A stretch of 64,000 bases of DNA from the NCBI GenBank assembly GCA_051294375.1, contig CM119267.1, positions 18,392,992-18,456,991 of the forward strand, written 5' to 3'. The translations under genes and the position numbers were made by a program. Numbering within the stretch: the stretch's first letter is position 1; each line of letters opens with the position of its first letter. The notes below the pieces were generated by a model. It ran no database searches. It was not told where the DNA came from and was given only the letters and a program-made list of their open reading frames with translations. This document shows positions 29,142 through 40,831 of the stretch, piece after piece. The stretch comes from Paraspadella gotoi. Lineage: Eukaryota; Animalia; Chaetognatha.

Positions 29142-32100
29142 TTATTTCTTATTGGGGTTGGCAAAACGTTGCACAGTGGAAACCCCATCGACAAACTTTG
29201 TTCGAAAAAGAACGTTGGCGTTATTGAACATATTGTCCTTGAGGGAAACTATTATGAATTGAGAGTTTTTAAACTTTTGCTTGATTATCTGCCCTATGTT
29301 TTGCGTGTGCGACAAGTCCAATGCTGCATCCACCTGAAAATGTAAGTGAAAATGGTGATGACGAGGAATTTAAATAATGCATAATGTTAAAGTACCTCGT
29401 CTAGAATGTACAAAGGCGCCGGTTTAAAACGGAGGAGGGAGAGAATGAGCGAAAGAGCGACGAGGGATCGCTGACCGCCGGACAACTCTGTCAAACTTTC
29501 TTTCCAAACGTCACCAAATGCCACCTAAATTGACAAACACATCAAAGCGTCAAGCAGTTTTTATTTACTCTGTATGATATTGAAATGTATTTTCTTGAAC
29601 TTACGCGAATTTCTAAGCCTTCTAAAGTTTGGTCGTTTTTGAATAATGGCACCAACTTTGAATTTGTCCCGGGGAGCAACGTGGAGAAAATTTGTCCAAA
29701 GTCGACGTTAACTTGCTCGCAAGCTTTGCTTATAGCTTGAATCTTCTGGTCATCGCATTCTCTGAAGCAAAAATGTTTGTAAATAAAAAAAAAAATTAAT
29801 CTCGCAAATAAAAACGCACCTAATAACGGCCTGTATCTGTATCTTATCCGAAAGCACTTTCTCCCGTTTGTTTTTCAACTCTGTGAATTGCTCTTCCTTC
29901 TCGCCCAAAGTCGCCATCGCTCGCTGGAGTAAAAGCGAAAGTAGTAGCATTAAAAATCGAATGGTACACCGACCAGCGTTTTCGCATCTTACCTGATTGA
30001 CGGTCTTGAGCAACGAGTCCCGCTTTTCGCAGAGCTTCTTTCTCTTATTTGATGCCTCGTGCGGATCCTGTGCTTTGAAATCGTAAATGGAATGCGGTCG
30101 TCCGAAAGATTCTCGGTCCTCTTTGATCCAAGGATACTCTTTGATCATCGACTCCAACTGATTTTCGTTTCCGGCGACTTCATCTTCTTTTTTTCTGTAA
30201 ATATGTACAAAACATTTTTTTTTCCAGGTGATAAAAATTTAATCATTAATTTTTGTTAAACATTAAAGTCTATTACAAAAAAAATCATCTTTTAAACGCC
30301 TGTACTTGAGATTGTGTTCCAACTCGCCGATCTTGAGCTTTAATTTTTCTACGTCCTTCTTGATTCTTTCCTTCTCGGCGACGTGCTTGGCGATCTCCTT
30401 GCTCTTGGCCTTGATCCATTCCTTTTTTTCGGCCAGCTCCGCCTGAAGCGTTTCGGCGGTCTCGCTTGTCTCCTTGGTGGTCTTCCGTAACTCCTCGATT
30501 TTCTCGGCGAAGGCAACGATATTCTCCGCAACCTTGTCCAATTGGAGACGGTAGTTGTCCGACTCCTTCCCAAGCTCTTCGATCTCGAGACGATTCTGTC
30601 CGTGTTGACGCTCCATCTCCGTCATTCGCTTGCCGACCGTCTCGGCCGCCTTTTTGGAGTCTTTGAAATTCTGCTCGGCGGCTTTCAACTCCTTTTCCCG
30701 ATAAGCGGCCGCGTTTTGGATCTGAGAGAAAATAAGAACAACAATAAAACAACAACAAAAATAAGTATATTTTAGATTCTTTAGAAGTGCCCTACTTTGT
30801 CCTGCAGTTCGTCCGCCTTCTTCTTCATCTCCGCCGCTTTGTTTTCCGACGCTTTCATTGTTTCCTGGCAAGTAGTAATCGTCGCTTCCAACTCCTTAAT
30901 ATCTTCCATCAACTGATGGTGACTTGTCGCTTCCAGTCGTTGACGAGCTAATTCGCCCTCTTGCATCTTTAACTCGAAACGGCCTTTCAAGTCCTAAATC
31001 ATATTTTCGGGGAAAAAAAAAGATGTTTAAAAAGAGTTTAAAACTTTATGGGACTAAAACTTGTCATTCAAGGTTAAAACCTGATATTTTCGAAAGTTGT
31101 TCATCATTCCTCCCAATTGGCGGGAGATTTGGGCGAGGCGCTCTTGCTTTTGACGCAGTTCATCTTCCATCCTGTTCAAGTTCGACACTTGACTTAGAAG
31201 AGAAGCGCGCTCTTGACGAGCGCCACCGGAAAGCGTTCCGGCGGGATTATAGTTATCGCCTAGCCAGGAATAAAAAAAGCGCCAATAATAGTATGGTTGA
31301 ACTTACTTTTGGCAATGGCTTAAAACTTACCTTCCAAGGTCACGCAAGTTTTACTAATGGACGGGTCGAAACAAACTCGCTTGGCGACGTCTGGGTTGGC
31401 GCAGATAAAAACACCTCCAAAGACCCACTCCATTGCGGGTCGCACCGCCTCGTCAAAGTCGATGACATCGAGGGCGCGCCAGACAAGTCCTGGGCCCCCA
31501 GCGATGCTCTGAGCTCGCTTGACCAGCTGCGGTTGAATAGGGTGCGGCTGGATTTTATTGAGAGGGATAAAATTGGTGCGACGCTCAAGTCGACCACGTT
31601 CGATAAGCTGTTTGCCGATTTGCTCGCTGTCGACGATAACGAATCTGGAAATGAAATTTTTTTATTAGTAATATATAATAAATATTCAGGCGAAGGATCT
31701 TTTTTTTTCTGAACGTTTTTAACAACGAGGCCACATAAGCCTGTATAAAACAGCTATGCTTTTAACTTGTATGTAAACTGGTCAAGCAAAGTGCGACAGA
31801 TAGTACCTTAATTTTCCCCCGGAGGCGACTTCAACGGCCGTAGTAAATTTAGGATCTTTCACGTAAACACCCTTCGCAACGAGGCCTTTGACTTGTGAGT
31901 CGTCGAAGTTGGCAGAAGGGCGTGAGTAGCGGAATTGTAGATCGGGATGACGATGGAAGATCGTGTCTACGCTGTCGCTCAATGTCCTGAGAATAGAAAG
32001 TTTATGAAATAATTCATAAAATAAATATTGAATTTCGCAAAAAAAAAAAACCAAACCTTATTTGAGTTTGGAGCTCCTTTTTCTCTTGACCCAGCGTTTC

Positions 32101-34083
32101 CACGGATTCCTCATTGACGCCGAGTCTACGTATTTCCTCCTCCAGATTTACGGTCGAAGTGTTTAAATTATCCACTAAGACCTGTGGGAGGAAATATAGA
32201 TTTCGAAGAGGAACACTGGCACGAAATGTTTTTAAGACTTACCTTGTCCTTGACGTAAGCCGCCTCGGTTTTTTTCAACTCGGACTGTTTCTTCTTAATT
32301 TCTCCATGAGCGTGCTTCAAACGGTCCTGTGACTTTTTCAAATCCGTTTTGCTAGTAGAAACTTCTTCCATGGCCTTCATCAGTTGATCCTTGATAATAA
32401 TACATTGAGAATCATTTGTCGATATTGACACCAAATGAACGCAACTCCCGCACCTGCAATGAAGCGTTGTCCCCGTGCTCGTTGCTGCAGAGTCCAGCTT
32501 GGACGCCTTGGAAATTCTTCTCGGCTTTTTTGTGAGCCTCGACGGCCTCGGCGTGCTCTTGCTTCATGGCCTCGTACTCCTCCCTCTTTCTCTCCAAATC
32601 CGCCTCCTTTCGCTCGACGGTCTTCACATTGTTCTCGATGTTCCGCTTGAGATCGCACTCCGTCTTTTGCTCCGCCTTGAGACCATTTTGGTTTGCTGTT
32701 AATTGTTGATACAAGGGAGAGTCGAAGAAATAAGGGAATCTTGAAATTTCTCTTAATAGAATTCAGCGCGACTTACTCTTGAGAGTGCTCTGAGCGACGG
32801 CGTCGAGTTTAATGGCTTCTTTCACTTTGGTCTCGATCTCGTGCAAAGCGTCGCCACTTTCCGCTTCCCGTTGCTGCTCCAACTCTTTGATAATCACTTC
32901 TGTCTGGGCAACACTTTCCGTTTTGTATTTCGAATCCTACCAGGGAAAAAAAGGAAAAATTAGTGAAAACTATGTCTATGTCTTCGGTCGGAAAATTGAA
33001 AAACAGTTCATCTACCTGTTCGATTTTAGCGATGTTGTCCTGAATTTCTTTCACTTGATTGCTCGAAGTCAAAGCCACCTCCTCGGTCTTCATGTATTGA
33101 AAGGCGACGACGAACTTGGTCAAATGCTCCAACTCTCGACTGACCTAATAAAAAAAATTAACAGGCTAAGAAAAAGCCATAGCGCCTTAGCGATAACTAA
33201 AGATATTCGTTCGAGCGGCGAACCTTTTGAAACTCCATGTAGGCGGCACGCTCGCCCTTAAGCCGCTCCATGGTGGGCTCAATGTCATCCTTGAGCATCC
33301 GGTCGATCTCGTTAAGCTTCGTCTCGTTGTCGTTGATCGCTTTTAGGCATTGGAGTCGCTTGGCTTCGTACATCTTCGTCCCGGCAGCTTCCTCCACCAT
33401 GGACAAGATTTCCGGAGGTTTCATGTTCAGAACCTTCGTGATGCGGCCCTGTTTTGAAGGAGAGAGACTGGTGGTGAGTTTCGGCGAAAGTATACTGCCC
33501 TGTTAATCAATAGAAACATCTATGAGACCCACTTGCATGATAAGAAAGTGAGGGTTATTGACGTTAAGAGAGACGCTTTGGAAAAGATCGTGGACGCGTT
33601 GATTCTGCGCGTTGACGCCGTTAATGAGGTATTTATTCCTGCCGCCCACGACAATCTAGCGAGTTTTAAAGTACGTAGATAAATATGTATTATATTTATT
33701 TTACAGATCATTCAAAAGGGCGTCTTGTATTTTCATTTTTCAATGTTTCGATGAATTGAGCGAACCTGACGAGTCACAGTAATTTCAGAAGACTCTTCGT
33801 AACCCAGCGGGGACTGACTCCGGTCCGAATTGTCGAAAACTACGTTGACTGTGGCCTTGGTGATTCCGGCCTGGCCATTCTTGTAGACCAACTCCTGCAG
33901 GTTATGGGCTCGGACGTGGGAGAGATTGCTGATACCTAGCACGAAGCAGATCGAGTCGAGAATGTTCGATTTTCCGGAGCCATTGAGACCGGTAATGGCA
34001 TTAAATTGAGGATCGAAACCAGAGACGACAGTTCGGTTAGCGTACGACTTGAAACCGTCAATTATTATCTCTTTAATGTACAT
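29142..34083 (-). CDS. SMC2: Condensin subunit SMC2
   Basis: [40 protein letters not shown]; [35 protein letters not shown]; hinge; [45 protein letters not shown]. Confidence 0.98.
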
Positions 34084-34592
34084 TTTTCAAATGATTTTTT
34101 TTTCGGCTAGAAAATAAAATTCTAAAAAAATAAACATATATAGTAACTAAATACGAGCCGGTGAATGGCACTGTTATACTTTAGATCTTTACCTAAGGTT
34201 AAGGAAATAAAACGAAAAAAATATAAGATGTCATGGGATGGCACTGTCAAAAGGCTGTATAGATTATTTCACATTATAATGTAATAGCGTAACTACAATT
34301 ATTCTCGAGACATATTCGAGACGATTAGGAACGAGTGAATTAGGAGTAAATTAGCGTTTCATACGGTAAGTAAAATCTAAGAATGTCGTGTCAAAATACG
34401 ACACTTAAGCCAAAACTTAAAATGAGAACAATTTAACAACTCTTAAAAACAAAAATAATAGCTGGAAAATCTCGATGTAGATAGGTAAGATCACAAAATT
34501 TTGAGTATCGTTAATACAAATTGAGCAGGCACTCTATGTTAAGCGATATGTAGAGGTTCTTAAGGCGTTATTGTTTAGTATAGGAAGTGGCT

Positions 34593-37500
34593 TTAAAGCC
34601 GTTCATCTCCAGGGCGCAGCTCGGGTTCTTCCGGAAAGGAAAGGTCTTGCAGGTCCTCCTTCGAAAGATCTCCTTCGGTCGTAACCTGATGGGTCAACAA
34701 ATTAAAGTACTATGAAATTTGTACAACCTATATAAAAATTATCCATTCATTTAATAAATAAGCTATCTTGCCCCTGACTTTGGACAGGCTTTGGTGGTTT
34801 AAGGCCTCCATCACTCTTACAAGATAATGACATAGCAGGACCCTGCAAGCTTTCAATCAAGACTGTCACAGTCTCGTTTATTCACTCCCAGAGTTCCTGG
34901 CTTCCCTATTAAATAACGATTATAAATATATGGGGGTCTCTTACTTGATCCGTTTCGGTGGCCATGAATGAATCGTCTTCTCCCTCCCCAGTTGTATTAG
35001 CGGCGGGATGGTTCAATGACGTTTCGGCCGTCTTCTTTGCGTCGTGCTCTATCAGTTTGACGCCCTCCTCCTCGTCCGCTGGTGCCGCTAGTATTAAAAT
35101 AAGAATATAGCTAAAACTATATGCAATAGGACGTAATTTTTTCCCCTTTTCTTTCAGTGCAATATGTAAGACTTCCTCTTCTTTCACCCTCACCTTCTCC
35201 CTTAGCGTTGACGCCCTTTTCGACGTCCATTTTTCCGCCGGTGGCTTTTCGCCTTAAAACCAAGGCTATGAATACGGCGACGGCGACGATGATGACGATG
35301 GCAATGGAAACGGCCCAAACCGTCGATGAAATATTGCTCAATGGGAAAGCGGAAGACTCGTCTGTGGTAGAACATCAGTTAATCAGGACATGGTCTAATA
35401 TTACTTATTTAAAAAGAGACGAGAGGGCCTTACCGTCTTCATCTCGCGGCTCGATCAGACTCAACTCGATCGCGTGAGTCTCGACTCCAATCCCGTTCTC
35501 CGCCACGCACTTGTACACGCCGGCATGAGCGCGGGACGCGTTCTTCACGTGATAAACGGCGGTGGTGGCGGAGACGCCTTCAGCTGGCGCGTCCAGGGCG
35601 GAGCCGTTTTCCCGAGATAAATTTAGGTGGGGAGAAAAGAACCAAGCGTAAGAGGGGCTGGGGTTCCCATGGAACGGGCACGCGAGCAGCAAATCGTTTC
35701 CGAGACTAATAAAAGTTAAGACGAGTTCGAAAGGTCAAAAGTTTTAAGTAATAAAACACAACATCGTTTCAATTTACCCAAACATAACGCGATTCGGGAC
35801 GACCTCCCGACGCGAGAGAAAACTGACGTGGACAGGAATTTCTGCAATAGGGGATTCGACTCCGGTCCAAGGATTTTTGGCCATGCAAGATATGGCCTTG
35901 TTGTTCATTTCCGCCACGGCGACGATGGCGCTTGAATTGACGATTTTTTCATCTGATACGACGAAGAATAAAGTCAATATGAGAAAGCAAAAGAGAGAAA
36001 AAGAAAGAAGCAACGCCGGTTAACCTTGAAAAGAATAAGTAATAACTGATTGGGGACGAGAGTTGACGGCCACGCACTCAACCCCAAAAGTCTGACCAGC
36101 TTCAACACGAATCTCTTCCTTGTTCGGTCGAACCGAGTCCGGTCCATGAGCCACGGGAATTTGAAATTCTTCGCTGAGATTCGCTGAGATAAGAATCAAA
36201 CATCGATTTTATAGTTGAAAATATTATACATATAACGAAATGGCTTTTTTCTCCTCACCCGCCTCGCATCGTACGACGGCGTCGGTCAACGCCGGCAGAG
36301 ACGAGGTGACAAGGGTAAATGCGACGACTTTCCCCTCACGCGTCAAGTTGGAAAGTAGACCGTCTGATTCTGAGTCGACGGTGATTTCCGTCGCGGGATT
36401 TCCTAAATCGTCAACGCCACAAGAAACTCGACGAGAATCGTCTCCCATGACAATATATTTGGGTGCGCCCTCAAGCTAATCAAAAAATAAATGAAAAAAA
36501 TTATTATTTTAATAGAAATATTAATCCCGGGGAATAACAGAAGACAACGCTGCCAAACAGATTCTCACTTTCAAAATCCTAGGCGCCCAAGTGACGCTGG
36601 CGAGATTAGATTCGCAGACGAGTCCGAGAGAAGGAAGTTGGCAAGCGACTCGAGTCGCGTTGTCGTCATTTCTCGAGAAAACCGGCTGAGATAAAAGACA
36701 AAAGTCGAATTTTGCGTCTCGAATAATAAATCATCAAGAAAAATCTAAAAAGACCTCGACAGCGGAGCCAATCAAAAAGTCGCCGTCGTCCGAGATTTTC
36801 GACCGCTGTTCCTCGTCTCCTTTTTTCATGAGGAAAAAACTTGGCAACCAACCGGCAGAGGGACCGAATTTGGCGACGCGACAGGAGGCGTTCGTAGGGG
36901 CGCCTTCCTCTACCGTCGTTAGCAGAGGGCATTCGAAAGAGGATCCGTTAAAGACGGAAACGGAAACGTCATTTCCGCCTGGAATCCACAAGAAAGAGAG
37001 GTACGTATAAAAGGTCAATTTTTTTTTTCTAACCGCAGTCTACGAAACCGAACTCGAGACAAGACCTTGATCGTCGCAGAAGTAATCTCCGGCTTGTTTC
37101 TCGGTGGCGGAGGCAAATGTATAAACGAATGTTTTTCCATTGTCCTCCACAGTGATGCTTCAAAAAAGAGAGATTAAATTGAAACTTAATTCGAAGAAAG
37201 TGATTCCTAGGATTTATTCGTCAGCAGTTTACGTTGGTCAATGGACAGGCCTACTTTAATTCTTTGGGCGCATCGGGTCTTCTTTTCTCCCCCTCGGCAA
37301 ACTGAACCGATTCAACGTTAGACTCGTAGTGTTTGAATTTCAAAAGTGGTGAAAAGGCTTTGGTATCCTTGAAAATCGTGGGGCAAGTTAACCGTAGCGG
37401 TTCACCTTGTGGTAAATATTGAAAAGTCAAGGGGTAAAAACCATACTAATTTGTTTCATTCCACAGGCAATAACCGTAATAACCCTCTAACACTTTCACG

Positions 37501-37618
37501 CTCTTTGCTCACCTTGCAATACTGAAACTGGTCTTGGGACTTTTCCAAACGATTTGGAAATAAGTAACATCGACAAAAACAGCAAAAGATAATAAGCTAA
37601 TGTCGACATCGCAAACAT
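34593..37618 (-). CDS. Type I membrane protein with immunoglobulin-like domains
   Basis: Signal peptide (MSTLAYYLLLFLSMLLISKSFG); Ig motifs (LACPFHGNPSPSYAWF..HAGVYKCVAENGIG); TM helix VWAVSIAIVIIVAVAVFIALVL-RRK; acidic cytoplasmic tail ending PGDERL*. Confidence 0.7.
34710..34909 (-). mobile_element. ~200-bp interspersed structured repeat, copy A, carrying a twister-like ribozyme
   Basis: Near-identical reverse-complement copy at 58655-58853; lies in the last intron (34686-34944) of the Ig-domain gene. Confidence 0.85.
34763..34827 (-). ncRNA. Twister-like ribozyme, type-P5 permutation, no P3, mini-P1
   Basis: UUAUCUUGU-AAGAGU-GA-UGG-AGGCCU-UAA-ACC-ACC-AAA-G-CCUG-U-CCA-AA-GU-CAGG-G-GCAAGAUAG. 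P5, P2 and P4 pair; T1 UGG:CCA; T2 ACC pairs with GU+G. Predicted cut U34801/A34800. Confidence 0.75.
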
Positions 37619-37904
37619 TAATGAGATCACAGCTTATAAATTATCGTTTGTATTTAATTTGGAATGTGCGGAGGAGATCACCTAGGAGTAACGGATAACA
37701 ATAAAAAATTTAATAAAAGTACAATTTTTTTAACTAAATGAACAAGGCACGAATAAAATAAACAAGAGCCATCTCTTCAATGATTCATCTTTTGTTCCGT
37801 CGAAATTCCATTTTGGAAGAGGCGTTCCTAAAAGAAATGAAAAAAAAAATCGTACATACGAACATAAGTTGATATAACAGATAGCAAGCGAACAAGCAAT
37901 CTGG

Positions 37905-38130
37905 TGTCCTCAGATCTCATAATGATAATGCTCAGCGGGCTGCCAAGTCGATACAAAGTTAAAATTCGTAAAGTAAAATAAAGGAAAAAGTAAACACAAT
38001 ATGTACAAATAAGTTTCCGATAAAATATTTTTTCAAAAATGTTAATTTAAAACTATTAAAACGAATTGAACAAAGCATCAGAAGGCAAAAAAAACGTCGC
38101 TCTCACAAAAAGCTATTTAATCACAGAACA
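37905..38130 (-). ncRNA. Box C/D RNA, SNORD97/SCARNA97-like, copy 2
   Basis: Terminal stem UGUUC/GGACA; box C GUGAUUA (38124-38118); 3' end UGAGC..AUUAUGAGAU-CUGA, complementary to the elongator tRNA-Met anticodon loop; U-rich interior; lies in a probable intron 3' of the Spindly stop codon. Confidence 0.75.
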
Positions 38131-38213
38131 TTAAAGAAAACTTCATATGAATGATAAAATAAACACTCACATACATTAAGAAGATTGGGATGAAAAATAA
38201 ATGTGATGAAACG

Positions 38214-40434
38214 TCATTGTTGGCCGCATTCGTCCGGCTTCATCACTGCCTCCTCCTGAGTGAGAATCTTGAGTTTCTGTTTGACCGGCCTGTTTGGTGA
38301 CAACTTTTTGTCTTCCAATGGGCTTGTGGGGCGCTCTGCGAGAAAATTAAATTTTATTCTACTGTAGCACTTTGCTGAAAACTGAAAAATGAAAACCAAT
38401 TTTATTTCTATGGTCCTCAGGTCTCATAATGAATGTGCTCAACGGCCAGGCTCAGATGTATCAATGCAATAAAGAATTTAAATAATTAATATAAGTAAAA
38501 CTTAAGTAATTTACAATTAAAATAATTTTCATTGATTCATCCGAGGCCAAGATGCAGTATGTACGACCTCGCGTCAAAGTGTTATAATCATAGGACGTTC
38601 GCCAAAAAAAATACCAATATAATAAAAAATGAGGCAAACCTGAACCAGAAGTGTTGGCGTCGCCGTCGATAGAGGAAAGAACCGTCGATTCATCATAAAA
38701 TTTGGTGGAAGCTCCAGACGTTGTTGACTTGGCGCCGCTGATAAAAAAAAATACTTTGCGGCTTTACTTCTGTTTAGTTTTACAAGGTACATATAGGTTT
38801 ATAGGCCTAAAAAATATTGGACCTGGTCGAATCGATTGGGGGCTCAACGATCTTCCAATCTTCAGGCTTTTTCTCCACGACCACTTTTTGCTTTTTGGTG
38901 GGAGGCGGCTGATTGGAAGAGGTCGTTTCCTCCGACGCCGCCTTCATCTCATTCATTTTCATCGTTAATTTAAAATTTTCGGCTTTTTGCTTTTGGACGT
39001 CTCGCTTTATCTTGGCATTCTCGAATTTCAACCTGCAGACATTTATTAAAAAAAAAAAAAAAAAAAAAAAATATCAGTTCAATATCTAACAGCGCATGTA
39101 TCAGTATTGGACCCTCGCCCTGGCAATATACTCACTTGGAGTTCTCTTCCTTGGCCAGAAGTTTTTCCGTGATTTCGTCCTTCCACCTTTTCTCAATCTT
39201 CTCCGTCTCTTCTTTCTGATTCTCCACGCAATTCCGGTAGTAGTCGACGAGACGATCTTCCGGACGTCCCTTCTCTCCCTTCTTCCGCTCATTCTTCAAC
39301 GCGTCGGCCCTGAGTCGCTCTAATTCCGAGTTTTTCGATTTCATTTCGTTCATCAACTCCCAAATCCGTTCCTCCTTCTCTCTACTTTCGACCTTGAGCA
39401 TTTTGATCTCCTTTTCGATCTCGCCGTACTCCTTGGCGTCCACGCGACCGGCGCAGGACAGCAACATGAGACTCTCGACGTCGTCCTTGAGCCTTTGGTT
39501 GGCCCCCTTGACCAGACGGTAGTTTTCTTCCAGCCGCTCGTAGCGTCCTTTCAATAGAGCGAAGGCCTCTTCGGCCTTGCGCCGTTGATCGTCCAACTCT
39601 CCGAAGAGGCTATTGCCCTGCTCGCGCCCGGTCCCCTGACTCATCCGCTCGTTCTCCAGCAACTGTTCCAGGCCGAGAATGTCTTCCTTTAACCTGCTCA
39701 CGTCGTTCTCGCAGGAATTGAGTTTGCGGCAAAGATGGTCTTTCTCCGCCTCGCTTTCCTCTAGAGACCGTTTTAGCCGCGCAATGTCAAAAGAGAGTCG
39801 TTCCTCGCGAGATGTCATCGACCTCAATTCGGTCTTAAGAGATGAATTTTCCTTTGTCAATTCGTCTACGGAGGCGACAAGAGATCGCTCGTTCTCTTGC
39901 GCGTCGACAGCAAGATTCTGGTCGGCCTTGAGGCGGCGATTTTCGACATCTATCTCCTCCAAACATTTGTCCTTGGTTGAGATTTGCGATTCAAGAAATT
40001 TAATGCGCCGATCTCTTTCCTCGATCTCTAACTCCAGCGTGCGATTTTTGTCGTCGAGGTTCTTTTTGAGAATTTCCGTGTCTTTGCGAAGACGCGCGCA
40101 CTCGTTATCCTCAGAGTTTTTTCGTAGAATGGACCTTTCGGTGGCGTCTTCCTTAAATCAGTATAAGAGATTTTGTAATTTAAAAATATAATCGGCTAAT
40201 GATAATGAAATTTAATGAACAAACCTGCAAAGAAGCCAGGGTATTGTTCGCGACTTCTAGCTTTCTCTTGAGCTGGAAAACTTCTTGAAGGCGCTGATCC
40301 TCTTTCTCGCTGAGTTTTTCACGTAAATCCTCCAGTTCCTTCTCCAGAGAGATATTAGTAGTCAAAAGATTCTGCCCATGACGCGCTGATTGCTCCAGCT
40401 TTGAACATAGTTCTTCTTTACTCATACTATCCAT
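38214..40434 (-). CDS. SPDL1: Spindly, kinetochore dynein adaptor
   Basis: CC1-box-like LEQSARHGQNLL; long coiled coil; Spindly motif GNSLFGELDDQR; C-terminal CaaX CGQQ*. Confidence 0.9.
38413..38596 (-). ncRNA. Box C/D RNA, SNORD97/SCARNA97-like, copy 1
   Basis: Terminal stem GUCC/GGAC; box C AUGAUUA; guide AUUAUGAGAC-CUGA, complementary to GUCUCAUAAU of tRNA-Met(e), with D+5 opposite C34; internal ~16-bp stem CUCGGAUGAAUCAAUG/CAUUGAUACAUCUGAG; in the last coding intron of Spindly. Confidence 0.82.
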
Positions 40435-40831
40435 TTTTATAACTGTTCGCCTGAAATCAAAAACCAAAACATCCCTCATATATAGATTTATCTATACAGT
40501 TTTAGCCGGGTAAGGCACATTGAGGTTCATGTTTACGAATATACATATGAAAACCTGAATTATATATTATTTTGCATAACTGAACAATGTATAAACACCA
40601 AATTACAATGTACACTAAGACTCAATTACAATGAAAATAACCGTTTCAATTTTTCATTTAAGTTTCCAACAAAATTGTTGACTCACGAACGGAAATTTCA
40701 AAACGCCTATTTAAAAAAATGCATGCACGTTTTAGACAGCTTTCTCTGAGTCAAACAGGGATTACACCAAGAGAATATACAACGGGAATGCATTAGTATT
40801 GGTAATAATCGTAAATTCCTTCGGGTAATTA

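Noticed and set aside
36171-36190. 10-bp tandem duplication TCGCTGAGAT at a splice acceptor
   Set aside because: Too small to interpret; it only duplicates the acceptor and may be an assembly slip.
37363-37370. GTATCCTT U12-type donor motif
   Set aside because: It is on the plus strand, antisense to the Ig-domain gene, with no plus-strand gene to use it.
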